From assembly GCF_009914755.1 (NCBI RefSeq), contig NC_060928.1: a stretch of 64,000 nt of DNA; one strand, given 5' to 3'. The stretch is from the human T2T-CHM13v2.0 reference genome, Homo sapiens. Positions within the stretch are counted from its first letter, which is position 1. Every line of letters starts with the position of its first letter. The notes below the pieces were generated by a model that ran no database searches, was not told where the DNA came from, and saw only the letters and a program-made list of their open reading frames with translations. Shown one piece after another: positions 28,431-40,695 of this stretch. The translations under genes and the position numbers were made by a program.

Positions 28431-28743
28431 TAAACAATTTTTTCCCTTTTATTTTTAGCTGACATGTAATAACTGTACATATTTATGGGATAAAGAGTGA
28501 TATTTCCATACATGTATACAATGCATAATAATCAAATCAAGGTAATTAGTATACCTGTCACCTCAAATGTTTATCATTTCTTTGCATTGTGTCTTGTCTT
28601 CTTATGAAAAGAAAAGTAGTCTCAACATGCTCTGAGTAAACTTGATGTGTTCACGCTCCAAGAAATAGGGAAGGAAGAAAAAGGTGTGGGCAGTGTCATA
28701 ATGGACTTCATTCATTTCCATGTAAAATAAGTATGCAAATGGT

Positions 28744-28812
28744 GAGCTGAGATCATGCCATTGCACTCCAGCCTGGTGACAAAGCGAGACTCCGTCTCAA
28801 AAAAAAAGAAAA
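28744..28812 (+). mobile_element. Severely 5'-truncated Alu with a 20-bp TSD
   Basis: TSD aaaataagtatgcaaatggt at 28724-28743 and 28813-28832. Confidence 0.9.
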
Positions 28813-29056
28813 AAAATAAGTATGCAAATGGTAACTTGAAGTCCAAGAAGAGATTCCAACAACAATGAAAAGACAGTGGCCTTCAAAATTAAATTAAAAC
28901 CAGGCAGACCGTAAATATGAAAATTGATGTGGCAGTAGTAAACTTACGTATAATGGATGTACTCACAAGACAAGTCAAACTGAATAATGCTATTATCTCA
29001 TCAGTCATATGATAACTCATATCCTGGATGTTCTGAGTAATAATTACATAATATCA

Positions 29057-29313
<257 letters not shown>

Positions 29314-29900
29314 ACTAATATATAACATTAGTAGTTAAATAGCAGTGAAACGTAATGGAGAGCAAGAAGTTTATATGAATATTCTATTCGACTTTATGAG
29401 TATCCTATTTGACTTATGATATTTAGGAATGAAATTAAAAAGCAGCTTCATATTTAACCTGTTATAGGAACAATAATTCAAACTATACTTAAAAATTACA
29501 TAGGAAAGTGCTAGAAATCATGACAAACTTTCCCATAATGTGCCACTGAGGGACAAACTGTCAAATCTGAACAATGATTGCAAACACAGCAGAAACATCT
29601 TGATTCCTTTGTAGAAGGGTGGAGGGTCCTCTGACGAAATTTTTCCTGGCATACTCAGTGCCATTCTTGTCTCCGCAGTTGGAAAAAAGCCAGAATGAGT
29701 TGTAGAAAGCTAGAAAAGGCAATTAAAGTGAGTGCAGGATGGAGATGCTGTTGATATAATTACCAGTTGTGTTTTGAAGACCTACCATGTACTTGTCACA
29801 AGGCAAAACATTAGGGGTGGGGGCATACTTGTAATAATACAAGTACTATTTCCTGAATACTGTGAGTACCAAAGGTGCTGTGCTGAGTGCCTTAAAACTT

Positions 29901-30190
29901 TGTCTGGTGTGGCTCACGCCTATAATCGCAGCACTTCAGGAGGCAGAGGCAGGTGGATCACCTGAGGTCAGGAGTTCAAGACCAGCCTGACCAACATGGT
30001 GAAACCTCATCTCTAGTAAAAATACAAAAATTAGCTGGGTGTGGTGGCGGGCGCTACTCAGCTACTCGGAAGGCTGAGGCAGGAGAATCATTTGAACCCA
30101 GGAGGCGGAGGGAGCCACTGCACTCCAGCCTGGGCAACAAGAGCAAAAGTCCATCTCAAAATAAATAAATAAATAAATAAATAAATAAAT
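29901..30190 (+). mobile_element. Alu (AluS-like) with deletions and (TAAA)n tail
   Basis: Dimer motifs. Confidence 0.9.
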
Positions 30191-30669
30191 TTTAAAACAA
30201 TCCTATATATAAAGCAGTTCTTGTAGCGGAGATAGATAGCTGCTCACTAAAACTTGATTTCTTTCTCTTTCTGGGACCACAGCTAGACTGCATTTTCCAG
30301 ACTTCCTTATGGTTAGCTGTGATCAAATGGTTAATGAGGCAATAAATAAAACCAACAACACTAAAACCAAAAATTGAGCTCTTGGTGGAGGAGAAGGCAC
30401 ATTGCATCCTTAGTAGAAGTAAAGTTTTTCCTAGCACTCAGCTTTGTAAAGGAACACATTTTACAAGGCACCTGCTAGGCACACACAGCACTGAGCTAGA
30501 TGCTTTCTATACGTGCATGGAAAATAAACAAAGGGCAACAAAGAAGGAAAATGCAGTGTCTGATGTCTGTAGTCACTGAAGTCCTTCACATGTTGGGGAA
30601 TACTTGACACTAAATGACTGAAATCCCAACCAAAGCATTTGAATACTATTTAACTGGAATGAATTGCAT

Positions 30670-31885
30670 TTAAAAATAGCCATATTGAGATATAATTCAA
30701 ACACTATTTAACATGTGCAACACAAAGTTTTTCATGTATTGACAGAGTTGTGCAACCATTGTGCGACCATTGTCATGATCTAATTTTAGAACATTTTCAT
30801 CTCCCTCTAAAAGAAACTCTGTACTCATTAGTCGCCTTTCCTATCCCACATGTCCCCACAGCCCTAAGCAACCACTAATCTACCCTCCATCACTATCAAT
30901 TTGTCTGTTCCGAACATTTCATAGAAATAGAATCATACAATAGGTAGTTTCTTTCACTTAGCACAATGTTTTCAAGGTTCATCCATGTCAGCGTATATAG
31001 CAGTACTTCATTCCTTTCATTGCTGAATCATATTCGACTCCATGGATATTCCACATTTTGTTTATTTATCAACCAGTTGATGCACATTCAGGTTGTTTCC
31101 ATTTTTTGACTATTATAAATAATGCCGCTATGAACAATTGTTTCTTCCTTTAAAAATTGACATCCCATAAAATTCACTCTTTTATTTTTATTTTTGTTTA
31201 TTTATTTATTTTTGACACAGAGTCTCGCTCTGTTGATCAGGCTGGAGTGCAGTGGCACGATCTCGGATGACTGCAACCTCCGCCTCCTGGGTTCAAGCAA
31301 TTCTTCCGCCTCAGCCTTCCGAGTAGCTGAGATTACACTCGCCAGCCACCATGCTGGGCTAATTTTTTTTTGTATTTTAGTAGAGACGGGATTTTACTAT
31401 GTTGGTCAGGCTGGTCTGGAACTCCTGACCTCAAATGATCCGCCTGCCTCGACCTCCCCAAATGCTGGGATTACAGGAGTGAGCCACCACGCCCGGGCCA
31501 CCCTTTAAAAGTGTACGATGGAATGGCTTTGGCATATTCCTAGAATGATGCATCTATCACCACAATCTAATTCCAGCACATCTCATCACTCCCAAAAAGA
31601 AACCCCTTAAGCAGTCACTTTTCATTCCTCCTTCCCCTGACCCCCTGGTGACTGCCAATGCTCTTTCTGCCTCTATGGGTTTACCTATTCGAGACATTTC
31701 ACATAGATGGAGTGATACAACAGGCAACCTTTGGAGTTTGGCTTCTTTGACTTAGCGTAATGTATTCAAGATAATATATAACATATATTCTATATGTTAT
31801 AGCATAGATCAGTACTTTGCTCCTTTTTACGGCTGAATAATATTCCATCGAATGGGCATACAACATTTTGTTTATCCAGTCATTA
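30670..31885 (-). mobile_element. L1MB-type 3' fragments (two), one split by an Alu
   Basis: Recurrent L1M 3'UTR motifs (gcaaccactaatcta, ttcacttagc, gctgaataatattcca). Confidence 0.65.
31180..31499 (-). mobile_element. Alu (AluS-like)
   Basis: Antisense dimer with (TTTA)n. Confidence 0.92.
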
Positions 31886-32416
31886 TTTCTGAGAAGATTT
31901 TGAGGTCAACTCTGAGGCAAGCAGGGAAGAGAGCTGTGGCTGTGTATATCTGCAATGTGCTGGGTCAGAGAGCACTGTGGGCCTTCCCATGTGCTACAAA
32001 TTTTCCAACCTGATATTAGAAGAATGATGCATTTGAGACGACGTTCCAGTGTGACTTGAGATGTCTGGCAAATGTGTAAAATTGTATACTGAGGAAAGTG
32101 GTACCTAATAGCTAGAATGTTTTCTAAGAGACCTTCAGATATGTGCAGGATCCCAAGAAGTCAGAGATATAATAGAAGGGTAAGAAGAGATGATCTGATT
32201 CTTCCTCTTTGTTTTCTCATTAAAAAAGCAATCAATGCCACCATAAATTCTAACATTTCTAAAATTACATTTTTTTAAACAAAATTATCCAGGGACTTCT
32301 GAACACTGGGAGACATTTTCAATAGATCAAGGGAGAACGCCAATAATGCCCTACTGCAAATAGAGATCAAAGTAAATGTGGTGGGACAGATGTGATTTAA
32401 AATATTCTCTCCCAAT

Positions 32417-33130
32417 TCAAATCAAAACCACAATGAGATACCATCTCACAGCAGTTAGAATGGTGATCATTAAAAAGTCAGGAAACAACAAATGCTGGAG
32501 AGGATGTGGACAAATAGGAATGCTTTTACACTGTTGATGGCAGTGTAAATTAGTTCAACCATCGTGGAAGACAGTGGGGCAGTTTCACAAGGATCTAGAA
32601 CCAGAAATACCATTTGACCCAGCAATCCCATTACTGGGTATACACCCAAAGGACTATAAATCATTCTACTATAAAGACACATGCACACATATGTTTATTG
32701 CAGCACTATTAACAATAGCAAAGACTTGGAACAACCCAAATGTCCATCAATGATAGACTGGTTAAAGCAAATGTGGCACATATACACTGTAGAATACTAT
32801 GCAGCCATGAAAAAGAATGAGTTCATGTCCTTTTCAGGGATATGAATGAAGCTGGAAACCATCATTCTCAGCAAACTAACACAAGAACTGAAAACCAAAC
32901 ACCTCATGTTTCTCACTCATAAGTGGGAGTTGAACAATGAGAACACATGGCCACAAGGAGGGGAACATCACACACCCGGGCCTGTCGCAGGGGGGCTGGG
33001 GGCTAGGGGAGAGATAGCATTAAGAGAAATACCTAATGTAGATGACAGGTTGATGGGTGCAGCAAACCGCCATGGCATGTGTATACCTATGTAACAAACC
33101 TGCACGTTCTGCACTTGTATCCCAGAACTT
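32417..33130 (+). mobile_element. L1PA 3' fragment (ORF2 end and 3'UTR), no poly(A)
   Basis: caaatcaaaaccacaatgagataccatctcac...cccagaactt. Confidence 0.92.
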
Positions 33131-33139
33131 CATTGTGTA

Positions 33140-33555
33140 CATTGTCTTTTCACTTTCTTGATGGAGTCTTTTGAAGCAAAAAGCTTTTAATTTTAATGAA
33201 GTCCAAGTTACCTATTATTTCTTTTGTTGCTTGTGCTTTGGCGTTTTATATATAATAGGAATCCATTGCCTAATTCAAGATCGTGAAGATTTACTTTGAT
33301 GTTTTCTTCCAAGAGTTTTACAGTTTTATTTCTTACATTTAGGTCTTTGATCCATTTCGAGTTCATATTTGTATATGGTGTGAAATATGGATCCAACTTT
33401 ATTCTTTTGCATACAGATAGTACTCATAGAATCATTTTTTTGAAAAGACTCTTCCCTGTGGAATTGTCTTGGCAAGTTTGTGAAACTCATTTGACCCTAA
33501 AAGGGGGTTTTTATCTCCAGTCTCTCACTTCTATTCCATTAATCTATGTATCTAC
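33140..33555 (-). mobile_element. Old L1M ORF2 fragment
   Basis: Translates as [21 protein letters not shown]..., matching L1 ORF2. Confidence 0.8.
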
Positions 33556-33604
33556 CCTTGAGATTGAGAGAGCTAGTAATTAACCGATTAAGAACTGTTT
33601 ACTT

Positions 33605-33907
<303 letters not shown>

Positions 33908-34339
33908 CTCTTTGCTCAATACTCCTATGGACTTAATAGCAATGATTGCTGCTAATGTGATTCTAATACTTTTTGGGCATGCCATCATTGTTTAATTTCA
34001 GAGCAAACTTTCTGGAACTGATAAATAATAAGCTCTCCTTAAGAAATTAAAGTGCATTAAAATAAATTGCTTTCAGGGGTTCTTAAACAAGTTCAAGACA
34101 TCCAGGAGTGTGATACATTTGAGCGAGAAATAGCTGGCCTAGTTCACTCTCCACATTAATCAGAACGTCTCCCACCTTCTTTTTAGGGATAAGCACTCTC
34201 AAATATCATTATTCATAAACTAGGGGAGGGCCGGGTTTCCACTCGCATCAGTTACTTTCTCTCCCCTGAGAATATCTTGCAGCCGCTGGAATTTTGGGCC
34301 CCTTTGCTAGGAGGCAATTAACAAATTGCACTTTTACTA

Positions 34340-35420
34340 TCAAAGCTGAGAGTGGCCCAGCAGTGGCCCTGGCCCTGCCGGCACGCTTCCGATGCGTCGC
34401 CCTGGCCTGAAGATCGCCACAGTCGGGTTCGCGCCCCGTGGTCCCCTAAGGCTTCCAGGGCGCTGGAGCTGGTGCACAGGACCTGCTCCTCCAGGGTCCC
34501 CATCTGGGTCTCCAGCGGTCCTTCCTCTCTGCCTTCTCCTCGCAGAGCACCCCGTGGGCCTAGTCTAAACGAGGGCACCACTGGTCCGGAGTTGCACTTG
34601 TTCGCTCCCTCCTGGGCTCTGGCAGCGCTGCATCCCCGGGGTTGCTTCGGGTTCGGGCCCAATAGCAGAGTCAGAGCCGAGACGCATGTCCCCTGCACCG
34701 GCCAAGGGTGCCGCTGGGGCTCGCGCCAAGGAGGCAAAGGCGGGGACCAGAGGCGCCGGAGGCGGCGCAACGCGCACAGGTGGCGCCCGGCCTGGCCAGG
34801 CTCTGGCAGGCGAGGCTGGGTGTGGTCGTGAAGGGGCGGGCGGACCGGCCCCACACTGCCTCGGTTCGGCAAGTGGGTCAGTTGGCTGGGGCTCACTTGG
34901 CAACGGGACGCGGGAACGAGGGGCGCGGACGCAGGCCCGGGAGGACGCGGCGGCGGGAACCTGGGGGCGCAGGGCTAGGGCAGCGGGCCCGACCCGCACG
35001 GCTTTCCTGGAAAGCGCTGCCCCTCGCCGCGGCGATGCCCTCGCTGTGGAGAGAAATCCTCTTGGAGTCGCTGCTGGGTAAGCCGAAGCCCCTCGCCGCG
35101 AGTTCGCGGGTGCCAGCTCCCCGGGCCATGTCCAGAGCCGTGGAGCCAGGCCAGGTTGGCTGAGTTCAGGTAGGAGGAAAAGGGCGCTCCGTGCCCAGAG
35201 TGGAGATGCTTATCGTCCCCTGGGAACTTTTCCTACTGAAGGGAATAAAGGAAAAGACCTAGATTGAAGTCTTCAAGCTGAGTCTGCGAGGCGCCCGCGA
35301 GAGACCCCGTCGCCCGAGTTCCCAGCAGCCCTGGGATTGTGCCCAAGGAGCGCGAATTCTCCTCGTGTCGGCCTTGACCCCGCGCGGCCGGTACCGTCCC
35401 CAAAGCCCCCCACCCGTGGC
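34340..35420. promoter_or_regulatory. CWH43: CpG island promoter of CWH43
   Basis: Abrupt GC and CpG enrichment spanning exon 1; GC box ggggcggg at ~34833; no obvious TATA box. Confidence 0.92.
35035..35077 (+). CDS. CWH43: CWH43 coding exon 1 (MPSLWREILLESLL-G)
   Basis: gcggcgATG start; donor G|gtaagc; matches the recalled human CWH43 N-terminus. Confidence 0.95.
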
Positions 35421-36049
35421 CTTTAAGTTTAACTTAATACAGTTCAGTGCTGAACTTTAAAATTCAGAAGGAAAGGGGCACCCGTTTTCCCCAGGAGCTG
35501 TAGGTGGACACTGGGCGGCAGCTGCTGCCGTGGGCTGGGCCCAGGACAAGTGGCCTTGGTGTCGGCTGCACACTTGGGCATTTGGCGAAAAGCATCAGAC
35601 TCGAGTCTCATCTGCTCTCTCACCAGCTTTGCAAAATCCCGAGGACAATTTTATTGGTGTAATTCTGTCGGAGCTGTGTGAGTAATAAAATCAAAGTTCC
35701 CAGACAAACATTTGGGATATTGCTAGAATCCCCGGTTCGTTACAAAACAAAGATCCCTCTGGTCTGGGTGGGGCGCCTTCCTGAGAACTTGATTTTCTGG
35801 GAGCTGGTAATTCTCGGGAGTGCTTCAGACTATTTTTTTCTGGCTCAGCCTGTATCTATAAGTTGGGAGATGTACAGTGCCTAGCATTCAATAAGTACCT
35901 CAGGTGCTAGGTACTCAGTGCACTTGATCTCATTTAATCCTCCCAACAACACTGTGAAGGGGTTGAAAGTCCTATTTTGCTGATTAAGAAGGGGAGGTTG
36001 GAAAGTCAGTTGGTAGAAAGTTCCCACGCCCAGTGGTTAGACCGGCTAC

Positions 36050-36320
36050 CTTTGGAGCCAGGCTGCTTAGAGTTAGGGCAACTCTGACATTTGCTACTTG
36101 TGTAACCTTAGGTACTCACTTAACTTTCTGAGTCTCAGTGTTTTGTTTGTTGTTTTGTTCTTGCTTAGTTAGTTTTTGCATTTATAAGAGGGGAGCGGAA
36201 ATAGTACCCACCTCATAGCTTATGGGGCTGTATAAGGAATGAGACAGATGGTACATGTTAATACTTAGCACAGACCCTAGTGCATGGCAAGTGCCCATAG
36301 CGTTAATTATCATTATTGCT
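36050..36320 (+). mobile_element. MIR
   Basis: tgtgtaaccttagg...cacttaactttctgagtctcagt; atagtacccacctcatag. Confidence 0.65.
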
Positions 36321-36738
36321 CAAGATTATACAGCAGCTGTTGGCAGAGGTACAACTTACTTCAGATCTGGGTATTCCACTACCCAGCACTGCCTCATAAG
36401 GATTGGACTGAAAATGGTCTACTCAAGGGAACGACTGCTGCCTCACTCAAGTGCTTTTGGGTGTAGTCTGGGGTTGGAGGAGGGAGTCCTGCTGCTTGCT
36501 GCCCTTTTGGACTCTCACAATATTTTTCATTATACAGGGGACAACTTAGGTAAGAAAATTTTGTCAGTCAGGGTCCTGACGGGATGCCAAATTCAACTCA
36601 GATGGTCCAAATGAATAGGACTTAATAAAGAGACTGTCTACAGCCATATGGGCAAGGGAAAGGAACACGCAAGGGATGTTGAGAGACTCACGGCAGCAGG
36701 AAGCCATCCTCTACTGGGGCCTGATGCGAGGAGTGGGA

Positions 36739-36946
36739 GAATATGTACATTTCACCAGAAATTTCACTTCTGGGTATATATCCTACAGATATACTCAGTG
36801 TCATGTGTTACATAGTGACATTTCACGAGGAAATTGCCATTGCTTTTCTGTCCATCAGTCTCTTAAGCACAACACAGTCAGTGCAGTGAGTTCTGCGGAT
36901 CCCTACACAGGTGTAGAGCTCTTGTTTTGTTCCATGTCAGTGGAGA
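36739..36946 (+). repeat. Local duplicate of 38039-38220, in intron 1
   Basis: Direct alignment from tttcaccagaaatt...cctacagatatactca to tagagctcttgttttgt. Confidence 0.88.
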
Positions 36947-37081
36947 CAACTGGAACCCAGTTCAGGCCAGAGTCATGAAGAAGAATGACCAGCCCAAGCG
37001 GCTGGAGTGGAGGGACAGGACTGTCGTTAGAAACAATGTTGAAGTTACACTTTCTCTCTTTAACTTTTTTTTTTTTTGTAG

Positions 37082-37273
37082 GATGTGTTTCTTGGTCTCT
37101 CTACCATGACCTGGGACCGATGATCTATTACTTTCCTTTGCAAACACTAGAACTCACTGGGCTTGAAGGTTTTAGTATAGCATTTCTTTCTCCAATATTC
37201 CTAACAATTACTCCTTTCTGGAAATTGGTTAACAAGAAGTGGATGCTAACCCTGCTGAGGATAATCACTATTG
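37082..37273 (+). CDS. CWH43: CWH43 exon 2 (192 nt; [19 protein letters not shown]...LLRIITI)
   Basis: Poly-T tract with tgtag| acceptor; G|gtaaga donor; in frame with exon 1. Confidence 0.96.
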
Positions 37274-37599
37274 GTAAGATTTAAAAGAGTTTCTTTAAGT
37301 TGTTTTTTTTAAGTTAAAAATCAAGTGAGATTATGTAGACTGTTCTTTGAATACTAAATATTTGAATTTAAAAAATCAAAGATTTCTCTTTTCCTTACCA
37401 CTGCCTTAGAAGAGCTTTAGTAATTGGAAGACTAGACTGAGAGTCAATGTGTTTTACATTTCCATTGTTTTTTCCAGACTAGAAAGACCTAAAAATCACT
37501 GCAATGAGTAGGGGAAAGACACCTTAAAGAACTGATCAGCTCTTGAATACATTGTGTTTTTCTTTCCAACTGTGACATAACACTCAGGAGCCATTTAAA

Positions 37600-38097
37600 A
37601 AAGTTTGTTAAATAATAATTCACAAGAAATGTGAAAATTATGATGAAAAACACCACAGTAAGCAGTCAAACAAGAAACTAGGAAAAATATTTGCAACTCT
37701 TTCAGCCAAAGGGCTAATTTCTCTTATATATAGAGTTCCTACAAACCAATAATAAAAAGAGACCAACAAATCAATAGAAAAGGGGGCACAGGATCTGATC
37801 AGTTCACTGGAAAGGAAATACAATTAGTTCTTAAAAATGGAATCAAATGTATAGGTCATAAATCATACACATACAGATATGTTTATCTAGAGTTTGACAA
37901 GTAGATTGGCAAAGAACAGCTGAGTCTTACTGCACTGTGCAGTAGGGGTGGGGAAACAGGCACTCATACATTGCTTGTGCGAGTGTCCATTGGCACAACC
38001 TCTATGAAGAACAATTTAGCAGTATTATCAAAATTACAAATATGCATATTTCACCAGAAATTCCACTTCTAGGAATATATCCTACAGATATACTCAC
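37600..38097 (+). mobile_element. Old L1M (L1ME-like) ORF2 3' relic
   Basis: ggaaaaatatttgcaac, ggaaacaggcactcatacattgct and ttccacttctaggaat motifs. Confidence 0.65.
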
Positions 38098-38202
38098 AGT
38101 CATGCGTTGCTTAGTGACATTTCACTAGGATGTTGCCATCGCACAACACAGTCAGAGCAGTGAGTTCTGTGGATCCCCACAAAGGTATAGAGCTCTTGTT
38201 TT

Positions 38203-38328
38203 GTTTTGTGTCAGTAAAGATGAAGTCTTGCTATGTTGCTCAGGCTGGTCTCGAATTCCTGAGCTCAAGCCATTCTCCCTGGCCTCCCACAGTGCTGAGA
38301 TTATAGGTGTGAGCCACTGCTCATGGCC
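38203..38328 (-). mobile_element. Alu monomer (FLAM-like) with a 15-bp TSD
   Basis: TSD tagagctcttgtttt at 38188-38202 and 38329-38343. Confidence 0.88.
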
Positions 38329-39204
38329 TAGAGCTCTTGTTTTTAAAACAACTCAGGCTCAGAAGGATAGTGGTAAAAACTCCTGAAAAGTGTGCCCTTT
38401 ACAAAATTGGTGTCCATAGGAATTGAAAGACATGTCAAATGGTCTTGAAATTTTCAGCTCCAGAAATAACAAATGAAGTTTCCTACCCTTAACTGAGTAA
38501 ATATTAATTGATTTCAACTGGCATTGGCTTACAGTATCCTTACATGAACCACCGTAGCTCCGAGTCTTGCAAGATTCATTTCCTTATCACACTTCAGGTT
38601 GATTTTATGGGAGTGATCTCATAGGTGGTACTTTCTTGTCACCTTTGGTGCTGCCTATGTGGGCCTTACCTATAGATCCACAGACTGAGTAGTTACTGGG
38701 ACAGTTTCCATTACTTAAGTCCATTTTTGGCCCAGTAACTTCTGGTGATGGTAAGGGATGTGATATAAAATAAGTTTGGGGTAGATATTGTATTTTATTT
38801 TGATGCTTCCTATTCCCTTTTCACTTTCTTCCTCCATGAAAACACATCCCCTTGAGCAGAAGTAGATTTATATTTGGAAATATGGAATAGGTAGGGAACA
38901 TTACTCAGAGTTGAGGAGGAAGTGGCCAATCTCTGCTAAGTGCTGTTCCAGGTGACCATTGAGCTTTGTTGTTGCTAACAGAGGCTAAAGTAAGCCACGA
39001 TTTGTCTTAAAACTCCCTTCAAATACTTCTTAAGGACATGAAACAACTTTGTTTTTAGAGTCCTGAGATATTCTTATATAAATACAGAGAGGATCTGAGC
39101 ATTACATGCCATCTCACTTCTGGCACCTCAGATATTTTAGGTTAATTACTGTGTAATTAACTATGAAACCAGTTCATACTCCTATCAATTTAGATTATTT
39201 TTGA

Positions 39205-39925
39205 TCCACCAGAAAGGCTATAATCAAAAAAGACAGACAATAATAAGTGTTGACAAGGATGTGGGGAAATTGGAACCTTCACACATTACTGGTAGAAATA
39301 TAAGAAATATAAAATGGCACAGCTGCTTTGGCAAAGCGTGATAGAAGCTGTTATCATATGATCTAACAACTCTATTCCTTGGTATGTACCCAAGAAAAAT
39401 GGAAACATCTGTTCACACATAAACTTGTACACAAATGTTCATAGCAGCATTATTCATGAGAGCCACAAAATGGAAACAACCTAAATGCCCATCAACTGAT
39501 ACATGGATAAACAAAATGTGGTATATACATGCAATGGAATATTATATAGCTATGAGAAATAATGAAACACTGATACATGCTACAACCTGGATGCACCCTG
39601 AAAACGTTATGCTAAGGGAAAGAAGGCAGTCACAAAAGGCCACATATTGTACAATTTAATATGAAGTGCCCAGAATAGGAAAAATTCGCAGAGACAGAAA
39701 ATAGATTAGTGGTTGCCAGAGGCTAGGGCATGTGGAGAGAAGGGAATGAGAAGTGACCTGCTAATGGGGATGGGGTTTCTTTTTGGGGTGATGAAATTGT
39801 TCTGGAATTAGATAATGGTGATTGTTGCACGACTTTATGAGTATACTAAAAACCATTGAATTGTATATTTTAACATGGTGACTTTTATGATATGTGAATT
39901 GTATTTCAATAAAAATTTTAAATAC
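39205..39925 (+). mobile_element. L1MB-type 3' fragment
   Basis: ORF2 C-terminus MFIAALF...WKQPKCPS plus 3'UTR. Confidence 0.85.
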
Positions 39926-40058
39926 ATATATAAAATTATACATCAACTCTGTCTTCCTGAGTATAAAGATGGTATCAGATAACATGCATCAAATGCAGAT
40001 CACGGAGTTCCAATCCATACTTGCCAGAAATGCTTAGCTCTCCCTATTTTGTTTGTAG

Positions 40059-40179
40059 GCAGCATAGCCTCCTTCCAGGCTCCAAATGCCAAACTTCGAC
40101 TGATGGTTCTTGCGCTTGGGGTGTCTTCCTCACTGATAGTGCAAGCTGTGACTTGGTGGTCAGGAAGTCATTTGCAAAG
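40059..40179 (+). CDS. CWH43: CWH43 exon 3 (121 nt; [20 protein letters not shown]...SGSHLQ)
   Basis: ttgtag| acceptor, AG|gtatgg donor, frame continuous. Confidence 0.95.
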
Positions 40180-40540
40180 GTATGGTTAATGTTTCATGTA
40201 CTTATAGACAAACAAGTATAACCAGTTACCAAAGGGAAACCTGGGGCCAGGAGTTCCAGGTTATAGTTTTTACCTTCCATATGGCTTTGTCAAAGTCTCC
40301 TTTTTTTTCCTTTTCCCAAAACAAGGACATGAATACTTGCCATCAATCTCAATAAGGTTTTGAAAACTAAAGAATTATAGCAAGTTGCTGAAGTTGCTAT
40401 ATAGAGGCTAAATCACATTCATTATTGCAAATTACCAATAAGACTATTTCAGCTACTTATTCTATGAAACTGAAATTCATGATGGACATAGTACATTGAG
40501 TCCACATAAAAAGTGTTTAAAAATACTTTTGCACTTACAG

Positions 40541-40695
40541 GTACCTCAGAATTTGGGGATTCATTTTAGGACAGATTGTTCTTGTTGTTCTACGCATATG
40601 GTATACTTCACTAAACCCAATCTGGAGTTATCAGATGTCCAACAAAGTGATACTGACATTAAGTGCCATAGCCACACTTGATCGTATTGGCACAG
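40541..40695 (+). CDS. CWH43: CWH43 exon 4 (155 nt; [21 protein letters not shown]...LDRIGT)
   Basis: ttacag| acceptor, G|gtaata donor, frame continuous. Confidence 0.95.

Noticed and set aside
34318-35163. Multiple long overlapping ORFs (131-192 aa) on both strands
   Set aside because: Expected from stop-codon scarcity in a CpG island; low-complexity Arg/Pro/Gly/Ala content. Only 35035-35077 is supported by splicing and homology.
40541-40546. Exon 4 begins with GT (cag|gtacct), resembling a recursive splice site
   Set aside because: The regenerated donor is weak and the intron is only 361 bp; coding sequence explains it.
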